Source of the DNA: a virus
Lineage: Duplodnaviria; Caudoviricetes
Strand: one strand, 5' to 3'
DNA: 47,108 nt
Virus record (IMG/VR): IMGVR_UViG_3300037467_000647
Span: 1-47,108 of that record
A program made the position numbers and the translations under genes. Each line of letters opens with the position of its first letter. Position 1 is the stretch's first letter. Below, piece by piece: positions 28,134 to 36,803 of this stretch. The notes under the pieces are model-generated. The model was not told the DNA's origin. It made no database searches and was given only the letters and a program-made list of their open reading frames with translations.

Positions 28134-29153
28134 CTATCGGTGCAAATCCTTGGCGCGTATCTGCGTGTAGCGCGCCAACATCTTCCAGTCGCGATGCCCT
28201 GATATAAGCGAAACCTGCTCGATTGTATATTCCTGCTCGAACAGCCGAGAAACTCCTTCGTGTCGGAAGTCATGGAAGTGCAGGTCTTCTATCTTAAGCG
28301 CATTGCAGGCACGCGGGAATATCGTGCTGATCGTGTCGGCCTTATGCGGAAATATCAGAGTCGATGCATCAATCTTTTCCGGTTTTGGCTGGCGCAGCAC
28401 AATATCGAACGTGTCGCCAAGCAGCGGCACCTCCTGATCATTTCCTTCCTTTTGCGTCGGATGCTTACGGTTTCTGATGGTGATCGTCTTGTCATCCACA
28501 TTAAGATCGATCCACCGCAATCCGACAATCTCCCCTAAGCGCATCGCGGTCCCGATGGCGAAGTTGATAATGTCGCGCATTGGCAGCTTTGATCGCACAT
28601 CAAAATAAGCGCAGAGCCGGTCTATCTCGTCCTGAGTCGGGCGCCGATCGCGCTCCTTTGATTTCGTCTGAATCTTCAGGTGCGTCATGTTCGCCCGGGC
28701 GATTCGGATCGGCTCAAGGCTAACCGGGATCTTCCACAGCTCGCGCGCGGTCTTGAATATTGTTGACAGATAAGTGAGTTCGATTGCGATCGTCACGCCT
28801 CCAGCGCCAGACTTTCGGCGGTTTTGGATGTGTCGAGTCAGCATTTCATCCGTTATCTCGGAAAGTTTTACATCGCCATGCTCACGTTTCCAGAACGCAA
28901 GAACCGCAACCTTGTTCTTTCCGAATGCCTTTTCCGCGCCTATTTCTTCCGTGTACTTGTCGATAATTTCCGACAATGCAATCTTGTCCAGGCCTCGCCC
29001 ATCTTGATATTTTTTCGAGTCAATTTCCGCCTCGATCTTTCGCGCCCACTGCTGCGCTGACGCCTTTGTCGAAAAGGTTTCCGTGATAGGCTTATGCCCC
29101 TTGCGACGGATTTGCGCGCGCCAAGATGCGCCGATTTTCAGAATGGAAGCCAT
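28134..29153 (-). CDS. int: Tyrosine integrase, dusA-associated type
   Basis: TAMRLGEI, HDFRH, SGHRDWKMLARY; likely start MASILK at 29153; adjacent dusA-like attP. Confidence 0.95.
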   Translation of the reverse strand: MASILKIGASWRAQIRRKGHKPITETFSTKASAQQWARKIEAEIDSKKYQDGRGLDKIALSEIIDKYTEEIGAEKAFGKNKVAVLAFWKREHGDVKLSEITDEMLTRHIQNRRKSGAGGVTIAIELTYLSTIFKTARELWKIPVSLEPIRIARANMTHLKIQTKSKERDRRPTQDEIDRLCAYFDVRSKLPMRDIINFAIGTAMRLGEIVGLRWIDLNVDDKTITIRNRKHPTQKEGNDQEVPLLGDTFDIVLRQPKPEKIDASTLIFPHKADTISTIFPRACNALKIEDLHFHDFRHEGVSRLFEQEYTIEQVSLISGHRDWKMLARYTQIRAKDLHR

Positions 29154-29173
29154 GTAGCAAATCCGTAGCACTG
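29153..29173 (+). repeat. Integrase arm-type site, copy 1 (TGTAGCAAATCCGTAGCACTG)
   Basis: 19/21 identical to 29373-29393; the two copies flank the att core. Confidence 0.7.
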
Positions 29174-29254
29174 AGTTTAAGAAAGAGCGGTATTGTGCGG
29201 GATAGTGCGGGAATTGACAAATCGCGGCGCTCATAGGGAAAGTAAACAGATTCA

Positions 29255-29329
29255 ATGACTTACGGAAAGCGCAAAATTAGTGTTGCTCCGATGATGGATT
29301 GGACGGAGGAAAGCAAGCATCGCCTTTGA
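29255..29329 (+). other. dusA: attP carrying a replacement 5' end of dusA (MTYGKRKISVAPMMDWT)
   Basis: VAPMMDWT is the conserved DusA N-terminal motif; the frame stops soon after; lies between int and xis. Confidence 0.88.
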
Positions 29330-29372
29330 AACCCGCATGAAATAAGGCGATGCCGGAATTCCGACGTCGTGC

Positions 29373-29393
29373 TGTAGCAAATTCATAGCACTG
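29373..29393 (+). repeat. Integrase arm-type site, copy 2 (TGTAGCAAATTCATAGCACTG)
   Basis: Direct repeat of 29153-29173. Confidence 0.7.
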
Positions 29394-29601
29394 CGTTTTC
29401 ATCTTTGCGCAAAGAGTCGAGGTATTTTGCTACGTCGCGCACGTCAGCCGTCAGCGGATCGCCGGCCATCGGAACCGGGAAGGTGTGGGACGATCGTTTG
29501 TTGTACGCGGTCTTGATTGACATGCCGATTGCACTGCAAACCTCTTTGAGTGACAGGCGCGGTTTGTTGTAGACCGCGAGCAGCATAAATTCCGTGTTCA
29601 T
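29383..29601 (-). CDS. Excisionase / recombination directionality factor (AlpA/PrtN-like HTH)
   Basis: LSLKEVCSAIGMSIKTAYNK..FPVP; next to attP. Confidence 0.8.
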   Translation of the reverse strand: MNTEFMLLAVYNKPRLSLKEVCSAIGMSIKTAYNKRSSHTFPVPMAGDPLTADVRDVAKYLDSLRKDENAVL

Positions 29602-29603
29602 CT

Positions 29604-29789
29604 CTATTCACTCCTTAGGCGCCACGCGACAACATCATCAGCAGGGTAAATCGCATTTTGCGCGGGATAGGTGCAGTCCGTTAGCCGCATATACGCGATG
29701 TCTCTTGTTGCTTCCCGCACTTGACCGTAGTGGTCGAATATCTCGACGGGCAGGGCATAGGGCGGCTTGGTGTGCGTCCAGTCTTCCAT
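29604..29789 (-). CDS. Hypothetical protein
   Basis: AGGAG RBS; ends with a VVAWR motif. Confidence 0.6.
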   Translation of the reverse strand: MEDWTHTKPPYALPVEIFDHYGQVREATRDIAYMRLTDCTYPAQNAIYPADDVVAWRLRSE

Positions 29790-29951
29790 CTATTCACTCC
29801 TGTTCATGCCGCGCGCCGGCTCAAACGCACTCTGCGCCAGCTGCCGGCAGCGCGGGCATTGCCATGTGTGTATGCCATCGCGCGAGTCGTAAAATGAGGT
29901 AACGCGACCATCCGGCTTTGCATGGCCGAACCACTTACAGATTAGGCGCAT
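29790..29951 (-). CDS. 53-aa Zn-ribbon protein (DUF1660-like, MRLICKWFGH...CPRC)
   Basis: Read by hand; coupled to neighbours. Confidence 0.6.
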   Translation of the reverse strand: MRLICKWFGHAKPDGRVTSFYDSRDGIHTWQCPRCRQLAQSAFEPARGMNRSE

Positions 29952-30439
29952 CATCCCTCCCTCCCGCTGTCTGAAGGGGCGCTATGCTTACCGATCTCGG
30001 CGGCAGCGCGGGCTGATCGAAAAAAATCCAGAGCCTGCGGCCAGTGATAGCCGTCAATGAAGCGCAGCAGGGTTCCGGCGAAGCGTTCGCAGTTCGCCTT
30101 GTGTGGTCTGTCATCACACAGATAATCGCCTGCATCGCCAAGCAATCCCTTATCGTGCGTTACGATGATCCTGCGCTTCAGCTCTGGTAGTTCGCGCAGC
30201 ACCCATGCTGCTTTATCGCTGTAAGCATACGGAATACCGGTCGGTGGTTTGGTAGCAATCCAGACTTCAAAGCCCATTCCAATTACGCTGCGGACGGCTG
30301 ACACAGCACCGGGGATAGCAGGCATTTCAAGATATGCGCCCGGCTTGCGCTTCACCTCATCACCAGTCAGCCTATGTGCTGATCTGTAGGCATCGAAGTC
30401 AACGATAACGCCATCCATATCAACGAAAACTCTGTTCAT
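29951..30439 (-). CDS. HAD-family 5'(3')-deoxyribonucleotidase (NT5C-like)
   Basis: DMDGVIVDF, K..W, LCDD motifs. Confidence 0.85.
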   Translation of the reverse strand: MNRVFVDMDGVIVDFDAYRSAHRLTGDEVKRKPGAYLEMPAIPGAVSAVRSVIGMGFEVWIATKPPTGIPYAYSDKAAWVLRELPELKRRIIVTHDKGLLGDAGDYLCDDRPHKANCERFAGTLLRFIDGYHWPQALDFFRSARAAAEIGKHSAPSDSGREG

Positions 30440-30771
30440 GATTTCCTTTCAGTGGCGCTATCTGTGCAGATAGGCTCGTTGGAAATTCCAAGTTGGTTCA
30501 ATATGATGGACCCGTGACCGTGCTCGCGCGCATGTCGCATAATGGCGAACATGAAGCTGTCAATATTGCCGTTGGCCTTCACTACGGCATCGGCCATGCG
30601 CATCCCAATGCTGGCGTCGGGCTGCAGTAACCGCGTGCTGCCTGTCTTCAGCGCCTCCCACTCGCATACGGCCAGAAGAGAAAGTCCTTTTTCCCTGCAC
30701 TTTTCGGCCAGTGCAATCAGTTCGGGCGAGATTTGCTCATCGTAAAACTGTTCTTTCGTTTGCTCGTTCAT
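30436..30771 (-). CDS. Hypothetical protein
   Basis: ORF with GGAG RBS in the early-left operon. Confidence 0.65.
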   Translation of the reverse strand: MNEQTKEQFYDEQISPELIALAEKCREKGLSLLAVCEWEALKTGSTRLLQPDASIGMRMADAVVKANGNIDSFMFAIMRHAREHGHGSIILNQLGISNEPICTDSATERKS

Positions 30772-30782
30772 CCATTCGCTCC

Positions 30783-31169
30783 TTAGCTATCCGCTCTGAA
30801 AATGGCTCGCCGCTTGCCGAGATGGGCATGCGGTTTCGGAATGTGAGTTCGGCCATCTTCCAGCGATGCTGCGATCAGACGATTCCATTTTTTCCGCGTG
30901 TTGTCTACGACCGGGCCGCGCTGGTCGTAGAAGCGTGCGCCGGGTTTCCAATATGGCTCTGGGCTGGTGAGTTCCTTGACTGCCTCGACGGGCACGGCAA
31001 TGTAGTCTTTGCCGTCATTGAGCGTCTTTGCCTGGTCGATCGCGTACTCTCCGGCGTATGCGCCGATGACCGCGGTATATCCGCAATGGTCACGACCATA
31101 CCAAACAATATGTTCGCGACAACTGTTAGTGTGCTTCAGGCTGGCGATGTAGTAGCGTTGTTCGTTCAT
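30783..31169 (-). CDS. Hypothetical conserved phage protein
   Basis: SLKHT...GY......AGEY pattern; coupled start. Confidence 0.65.
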   Translation of the reverse strand: MNEQRYYIASLKHTNSCREHIVWYGRDHCGYTAVIGAYAGEYAIDQAKTLNDGKDYIAVPVEAVKELTSPEPYWKPGARFYDQRGPVVDNTRKKWNRLIAASLEDGRTHIPKPHAHLGKRRAIFRADS

Positions 31170-31735
31170 GGCGCGTCCTTGTTATCTGCGCTGTCAGTAG
31201 GCGTGCTGTCAGGGGCGGCGGCGAGTGCTGCTTTGAATGCGGACCTCAGAGCCGTGTGCGTCTTGTTCTCTCCACTGAAGTCAATCAAATCCATCAGCAC
31301 TGGAAATTCGCCTTCGTCGTCTCGCGCCTTACTGCATGCCATTGCTGAGAGCATTTCCGTCGTCGGCTCTACCGGCGCCAGCTTCCATCCCTCCCGCGCC
31401 GCCTCTGCCTTGCGCAGCCTGTCGATGATGGCGCGGCAAGTCTGCGGATTGAAGGCGGCCACAAACTCAGCAACCTTGCGGGCTGGCTCATCCCATGCAC
31501 GGAAATAGTCTTCGTCGTATTCTTCGTGGATGTCGCTTTGATCGAAGTTCAGTGTGTCGAGCAACGTATTCCCTTTGGAATCGATCACGCAATACGAATC
31601 AAATCCTGAAACTGCATCTTCTCCGGGGCCGTACTCGCCTTCGTTTTTGACGGTATCAGCTCCCCATTCATCGACGCCGACTGCATCAATCAGCTTATCC
31701 AGAGCATCAAGGTCAAGGTGTGTGGGTTTGTTCAT
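31166..31735 (-). CDS. Ead/Ea22-like modular protein
   Basis: AEFVAAFNPQTCRAII and GWKLAPVEPTTEM modules. Confidence 0.65.
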   Translation of the reverse strand: MNKPTHLDLDALDKLIDAVGVDEWGADTVKNEGEYGPGEDAVSGFDSYCVIDSKGNTLLDTLNFDQSDIHEEYDEDYFRAWDEPARKVAEFVAAFNPQTCRAIIDRLRKAEAAREGWKLAPVEPTTEMLSAMACSKARDDEGEFPVLMDLIDFSGENKTHTALRSAFKAALAAAPDSTPTDSADNKDAP

Positions 31736-31977
31736 GGTGCTACCTTAAAATTTTCATCAAAATGCGCGTGAATCCAACGCGAAGCAGTTTCCTCGCGGGC
31801 CTCACGCGGCGTGGTATGGATGCGCTGTTCCGTGATCGGCGCAACGTGCATCCAAGGTCCGGCCCGGTCAGAAAACAGCACCTTGTCACGTACTGCGATC
31901 ACTTCCCATCGGTCGCCGTGCTGCTTGATGATCTGCTTGGCTCGCTTCGATTGCGGGATAAGGGTCACGATCCGCAC
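31732..31977 (-). CDS. Hypothetical protein
   Basis: SKRAKQIIKQHG..W motif; GGAG RBS. Confidence 0.6.
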   Translation of the reverse strand: MRIVTLIPQSKRAKQIIKQHGDRWEVIAVRDKVLFSDRAGPWMHVAPITEQRIHTTPREAREETASRWIHAHFDENFKVAP

Positions 31978-32088
31978 GGCTTCTCCCCTTCACTGGATTG
32001 CGCGAGACTGAGCAGGGCGCGAGCGGCGCTTAGCTATGTCTGGCATCAACTGCCGCCATCAATGTCTCCAGCGCCGGTTCAGTCTTGT

Positions 32089-32334
32089 TCATGGCTTTCC
32101 TTCGGTTGGGGCGGCAGCTTTCTCCACCTTCGCTAAAGCGGCGTCGTATTTTTTCAGTTGGCGCTGCATTTCTTCGTTGCAGATTTTGGTGATCCGGCGA
32201 GCTGCTGGCACGTCGCCGTACATGCTTCCGCCTTCCATCATCATCACTACCTGACCAAACGTAGTCAGGTTTGATTGTGCTGCCGCCGCTTCTCTCACCG
32301 CTTCCGCGATGCGCTTTGCGTAATCGTTATTCAT
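32089..32334 (-). CDS. Hypothetical protein
   Basis: GGAG RBS; operon context. Confidence 0.6.
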   Translation of the reverse strand: MNNDYAKRIAEAVREAAAAQSNLTTFGQVVMMMEGGSMYGDVPAARRITKICNEEMQRQLKKYDAALAKVEKAAAPTEGKP

Positions 32335-32706
32335 TTAATCTCCCATCAGGCCGTCACCCATGCACTCACCGTTACAACCGGACTGAAAACATTCAGGGCA
32401 GTAATCGTCGCTGTCGCCATGCTTGTTGTGTAGTTGCTCCTTCCCGGCTTGCGCGAGAGCGGCGTCTATTTTTGGCAGAAATCGCTTTGCTTCCTTGTGG
32501 GCATGGCCGTCGTCGTTTGCCAAAAGATCGTCTATGCGATGCTTTGCAGTCACAAGTAATCTGGCAAGCTCCGCATTCCGGCGTTCGAGTTCGGCGATGC
32601 TGGTTCGCAGCCTTTGCCAGTCTTCGCAGTTCTGAAGTGACCCAGCTTCACACTCAAAGCCATACGCTTCGATCTTTTTTAGTAAGGTTTCCATTCGATC
32701 TCCCAA
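32335..32706 (-). CDS. Hypothetical modular protein (coiled coil, Cys-rich tail)
   Basis: FECEAGSLQNCEDW; likely start 32694. Confidence 0.6.
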   Translation of the reverse strand: MGDRMETLLKKIEAYGFECEAGSLQNCEDWQRLRTSIAELERRNAELARLLVTAKHRIDDLLANDDGHAHKEAKRFLPKIDAALAQAGKEQLHNKHGDSDDYCPECFQSGCNGECMGDGLMGD

Positions 32707-32855
32707 TGGTCAACTACTACGCCGCCAGTCGTGTCTCCGTTCCATCGGCCCATACGAACAAGCTGCTCTGTTTCATAAGTGCAGTAACCGAAGCGCCATT
32801 CCAAAGAGCCTTTTGCGCGCCAGTAGCACATACTTCCGGGAGGTGGTCGTCTCAT
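32679..32855 (-). CDS. Hypothetical protein
   Basis: GGAGG RBS; coupled. Confidence 0.55.
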   Translation of the reverse strand: MRRPPPGSMCYWRAKGSLEWRFGYCTYETEQLVRMGRWNGDTTGGVVVDHWEIEWKPY

Positions 32856-33022
32856 GGCTTGTCGCCTCCCTGAGATTTGTCTTTGCAAGACTGATTGGAA
32901 TGGGCGGCGAAGCGTTCGAGTGCGTCGTGACTGATAAATGTCACCTCGCCCTTATATCGTTGGTCAAGCGCGCATCCGGCTTCCTTCGCCAGTTCCAGCA
33001 GCTTGTTGCGGTCAGTGGTCAT
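32852..33022 (-). CDS. Hypothetical protein (LLELAKEAG...LERFA family)
   Basis: AGGAG RBS; recurrent phage motif. Confidence 0.6.
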   Translation of the reverse strand: MTTDRNKLLELAKEAGCALDQRYKGEVTFISHDALERFAAHSNQSCKDKSQGGDKP

Positions 33023-33032
33023 TGCGCGTCTC

Positions 33033-33296
33033 CTAGTCCAGTCCTGTTTCCAGCTTTGCGGCGCGCACGGCTTTCGCCATCCTTTCAAACGTCTTCGCCA
33101 GCTCCTCGCGTCGATGCGTCGATTTCGGAAGCCAGAATGTAACGGCGCTTCGATCGTCATCTTGCGGTGGATGGTGCAATCGCTCGGTTGAGTGCAGAAT
33201 CATCTGCACGGCTGAGTATGTAAGCCCGGTATTGGAAACCTTCTCAACTGTAGTTATCTCGTCGGTCAATTCTTGGCTATAGACGTTAATTCTCAC
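33033..33296 (-). CDS. Conserved hypothetical phage protein
   Basis: MRINVYSQELT...DDDRSAVTFW. Confidence 0.7.
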   Translation of the reverse strand: MRINVYSQELTDEITTVEKVSNTGLTYSAVQMILHSTERLHHPPQDDDRSAVTFWLPKSTHRREELAKTFERMAKAVRAAKLETGLD

Positions 33297-33331
33297 TTCT
33301 TCTCTCCCCGCGCAATCACGCGCTTAGTAAA

Positions 33332-33838
33332 TCACTTAATCGCCAGTCGAACCGACGGCACCAACTTTGCACCAGTGACGATCACGCCGGCTTTCATGTC
33401 GTCGGCGATCTTCTTCTTGTCTGGCGCTGTCGATGCCGGAACTGGCGGTATCTCGCGCAAGTATTCAGGCGGCAGCGCTTTCTCATCTTCGATCACGACC
33501 TTCGGCTGATTCGGCACCACGGAAAGCGTCAGCGCTTGACCGCCCGCCTTCTTGTGGCCGGTAGCCGTCAGGAGATCAACGGCCAGTTTCTTGAGGCGCT
33601 CGATTTCCTTCTCGATGCTGATTGCGCTGTTTTCCATCGCCTTGATTGCATCCTGCTTCCCGGCCAAGATCGCCTCACGATTGCGAATCGCAAAGCCGAT
33701 GTTTTCCATCTTCTGATTTAGGTCGCCTTCGGTCTTCAGCCAGTGGGCGAGCAACTCATCTTCCGGCACATCGTCGCGGTCGGCATCGACCAGGGCTTCC
33801 AGTTGGCGGTATTGGCCTGCGAGTTCAAATACATTCAT
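33332..33838 (-). CDS. Siphovirus Gp157-family protein
   Basis: Coiled coil; LPPEY...PDKKKI...GAKL motif. Confidence 0.85.
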   Translation of the reverse strand: MNVFELAGQYRQLEALVDADRDDVPEDELLAHWLKTEGDLNQKMENIGFAIRNREAILAGKQDAIKAMENSAISIEKEIERLKKLAVDLLTATGHKKAGGQALTLSVVPNQPKVVIEDEKALPPEYLREIPPVPASTAPDKKKIADDMKAGVIVTGAKLVPSVRLAIK

Positions 33839-34326
33839 GCTGCTTCCTTTCGTTCGTTGTTTGCCACTAACGCATGTGCTGCTCGGTGATGTCTATTGCA
33901 TAGCCACATAACATCTAGTGGGCGATCATAGTCAGGATGGTGTCCTTCTACTTTTTCCGCTCCGCATACCAAGCACGGCAACTTCATGATTCTTCCATCT
34001 CGCAGTGCATTGCCAACTGCGATCCTTGCTTTGTCTTGCTTTGGCCGAAGCTCTCGCTGTTTTGTAAGCGCTCGTTTGTGTGCAAGCTTTCCTGCCTCCG
34101 TCTTCGCATACTCTTTACGAGCAGCTACCCTGTGCGACATCGATCCGCGCAATTTGTCGTATGCGCGTATTCGTTCAAGGTTGGCTTTTCGGTGCTCTTT
34201 TACATTTGCCTTCGTGCACTCAATGCACTTATTCAGGCGTCCATCACCCATCTTTGAGTGCTTATAAAATGCCTCCAGTGGTTTAATTTGAAGGCATCTG
34301 AAGCAGCGTTTAGATGGCGAGTCCAT
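33835..34326 (-). CDS. HNH-like Zn-finger endonuclease
   Basis: CFRC..KPLEAFY, CLVCG..VEGHHPDYDRPLDVMWLC..HH. Confidence 0.8.
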   Translation of the reverse strand: MDSPSKRCFRCLQIKPLEAFYKHSKMGDGRLNKCIECTKANVKEHRKANLERIRAYDKLRGSMSHRVAARKEYAKTEAGKLAHKRALTKQRELRPKQDKARIAVGNALRDGRIMKLPCLVCGAEKVEGHHPDYDRPLDVMWLCNRHHRAAHALVANNERKEAA

Positions 34327-34981
34327 TCTTGCCGCCCATGAACGGAGCAAATGGGATCGAATCATCGAATGCAGGACCGCCACTTGAATGAACGTCTGTG
34401 GTTTGCGATGTTGCGCCTGTGCGCACCCCTTTAAGGCGCTTAATGGGAACGAGTTGCGCAACCATCTTTTCCAAGTTGTGCGCCTCGGACTTATCAAGAA
34501 TCTCCGAAGCGATTTGCTCGGTCTGCGGGTCAAAGAAGCCGGCGAACGCAGCCTTTTCACTGATGCTGCCGTCCTTCTTTTGGTATTCCTCCATCTGAAG
34601 CAGCACGCCGATGGATTTGCCCATAAGGGCGGGATATACCTCTGCCTCGCGCTTGACCATGCCGTTGCTGGCATTGTCGTATTCTTCGACCGTTGCACGC
34701 TGCGTGTCGATAGTGTGCGTCTTCAGGCAAGTCATTAAGGCCATCAATTGCTTGAAGCCAAAGATGTGATCGCCGTCCGCATTGATCGTCCACATGCTGA
34801 GATAGTCGGCGGTCATGCCATTGTTGGCCTGAAATGTGAACTCGATTCCCTGCGTTCCTTTGGTGCTGAGAACCTTTTTCGCCTTCGTGAACTGGCCGAT
34901 ATATTTGCCGGTTTCAGAAATGCGGCCGTTGCCGGAATCAGCCTGCTTCGCTGCGTCGGTGTCGAGTGTGTATGCGCTCAT
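34310..34981 (-). CDS. Phage single-stranded DNA-binding protein
   Basis: Follows Sak4; acidic DDSIPF tail. Confidence 0.7.
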   Translation of the reverse strand: MSAYTLDTDAAKQADSGNGRISETGKYIGQFTKAKKVLSTKGTQGIEFTFQANNGMTADYLSMWTINADGDHIFGFKQLMALMTCLKTHTIDTQRATVEEYDNASNGMVKREAEVYPALMGKSIGVLLQMEEYQKKDGSISEKAAFAGFFDPQTEQIASEILDKSEAHNLEKMVAQLVPIKRLKGVRTGATSQTTDVHSSGGPAFDDSIPFAPFMGGKNGLAI

Positions 34982-34986
34982 TGCTC

Positions 34987-35637
34987 TTATGCTCCTGTCA
35001 GTTCGTAGTAGTTGGAAATTGCGGCATCAACTGCTGCCAAGTCATTCGGGATACGCTCCGAATCAAACAAGCCAATCGGCGTTTTCACCGTGTCATGGCC
35101 GTTATTGCGCGTGCTGAAGAAGTAGTCTTTGTCAGTGACTACAGTTCGCAGAACGATTGTGAAGAGACCCTCCGGCGTGATCTTCTCGTCCAGCATCTTC
35201 CCAATCGTTTTGATCTTTGTGTTGCCATGTTCGTCGGTGGCCGTATGGCTGAGCAGATAAACGCGCACATCGTCCGGCAGGCCGTTGGCGGCGTTGAATA
35301 CTTCCCATGCGTGCTTTGCGATCTCGGTGAACTTGTCATAGCCGCGCTCATCAGAGCGACGCATGAATTCGTTCGCGAGCAGGTATTGGAAGTCATCTAC
35401 AACAACCACTTTCCGCTTTGTCTTTCGCATCAATGCGCCAATCACCTGCCAGTCGTCGGCAACAAAAATATTGCCGGTCTTGTTCGTTTCTGGATTGAAG
35501 TAAGACCAGCCCTTAGAACGGAAGGGGAGAGGCTTCTTGACTACTTGAATCAAGAGTGTGTTTGTTGGGTCCAGGTTGCGCATTGCCGCACTCTTGCCCG
35601 TTCCGCTCTCGCCTAGTACCACTGTGCTTATGCTCAT
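34987..35637 (-). CDS. Sak4-like recombination ATPase (AAA_24)
   Basis: GESGTGKS Walker A, VVVDDFQY Walker B, KTIGKMLD. Confidence 0.88.
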   Translation of the reverse strand: MSISTVVLGESGTGKSAAMRNLDPTNTLLIQVVKKPLPFRSKGWSYFNPETNKTGNIFVADDWQVIGALMRKTKRKVVVVDDFQYLLANEFMRRSDERGYDKFTEIAKHAWEVFNAANGLPDDVRVYLLSHTATDEHGNTKIKTIGKMLDEKITPEGLFTIVLRTVVTDKDYFFSTRNNGHDTVKTPIGLFDSERIPNDLAAVDAAISNYYELTGA

Positions 35638-35810
35638 GTTCTCGCTCGCTCTGTTTAATGTTTCTCTCGAATTGCTCTTTGCGTTCTCTGTACTCTTGCT
35701 GCTCTACGTACTCGGTAAAATCTCGCTTCGCCCCGCTCATAGCCGCCACCTGCGCACAATCAACCGCACAACACGCAGCAGTCTTCCGGCGCGGCATGTG
35801 GGAATATGGG

Positions 35811-35984
35811 TCATTGCAATTTCCCGACCGGCTGATCCAGAATCCACTTGCTGCCACCTGGGGCGCAGCGCAGTAACACAACAGAGCGCAACCACTGCCG
35901 GCGGGCGTGACGAACTGCCGCATGATCCAGATACGCGGCACGAGGAAACAAAACGACCGCACGCTTCAAGAGTTGGGTATTCAT
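35811..35984 (-). CDS. Hypothetical protein
   Basis: GAGGT RBS; RRQWLRSV..L...WIL motif. Confidence 0.6.
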   Translation of the reverse strand: MNTQLLKRAVVLFPRAAYLDHAAVRHARRQWLRSVVLLRCAPGGSKWILDQPVGKLQ

Positions 35985-35986
35985 GA

Positions 35987-36295
35987 TTACCTCGCTTTCA
36001 GCATGGCGTCTGCCATGCGCATCTTGTACCCCGCACGCCAGTCGAATTCCCACTGGATGCGGTCTTGGGTGCTACCATCTTGCGGAAACGCACGACCGGC
36101 TAATTCGCATTGCATTTTGCTGCTGACATCCTCATCGCGAGGAACATCGACATGCGCCGCGAACTTGTCCCGCAGCGTTTCCTGCGGCGACATCAGATCA
36201 ATAATTGCGGCGCGGACATCTGCTTCATTTTGCGTTTCAAGCCACGCATCCAACTCGCCTTTACCGCCATTCAGCGCTTTCAGTAGATCGCTCAT
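35987..36295 (-). CDS. Hypothetical protein (TLRDKFAA...ADAMLKAR family)
   Basis: Recurrent phage motif; GGAG RBS. Confidence 0.7.
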   Translation of the reverse strand: MSDLLKALNGGKGELDAWLETQNEADVRAAIIDLMSPQETLRDKFAAHVDVPRDEDVSSKMQCELAGRAFPQDGSTQDRIQWEFDWRAGYKMRMADAMLKAR

Positions 36296-36390
36296 CGCGC
36301 AAACACTCCCGTAAGAAAATCAGCATTAGCCATGATCAAAACGCCAGCCATGAACAGGGCGCACCAGAAGAAGAGTTCGCAGCGGCTCAT
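36292..36390 (-). CDS. 32-aa hydrophobic peptide
   Basis: Read by hand; ATGA overlaps on both sides. Confidence 0.45.
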   Translation of the reverse strand: MSRCELFFWCALFMAGVLIMANADFLTGVFAR

Positions 36391-36683
36391 GCGATGCCTG
36401 CCTTGGTTAGCGCAGTGCGAACAATTTCAACGTCACCAAACGTTTTTCCTCCCGCGTAGCCGTGCGAGGCGCACCATTGCAAGGCGTCCAGAAGATCGGC
36501 GGCGGCCGCCCATAGCTTTGCATTTGCAAGCGCTTCATCGGATGACTGTGGTTTGTTCGCAAGCTTTCCTTCGGCGTCGTATTCGAACTCGCGATCCCAG
36601 CCATAGGCGGCGCCAATGCACTCACCATCATCAGAGTGAACGGTTGCTCCTATTGCTTTCAAATTCTTGGTATGCATGCTCAC
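36387..36683 (-). CDS. Hypothetical protein (ANAKLWAAAADLLDAL module)
   Basis: AGGAG RBS; Gp38-like modular motif. Confidence 0.7.
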   Translation of the reverse strand: MSMHTKNLKAIGATVHSDDGECIGAAYGWDREFEYDAEGKLANKPQSSDEALANAKLWAAAADLLDALQWCASHGYAGGKTFGDVEIVRTALTKAGIA

Positions 36684-36803
36684 TCTCCTGAGTTAATGGG
36701 TGTCGGCAAAACCGGGCTACTTTCACAGCTACGCACTGATTCAGCCTTCGGCTTGTCCTTTAGCGGTTCGGGTACTAGCCGAACAGATCCAGTCATGCGG
36801 CTT

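Noticed and set aside
29214-29219. TTGACA as the -35 of the replacement dusA promoter
   Set aside because: No credible -10 at 16-18 nt spacing
35513-35740. 75-aa ORF ending in PLPF, overlapping the Sak4-like gene
   Set aside because: 125-nt out-of-frame overlap and low-complexity charged sequence; cannot be supported without homologues
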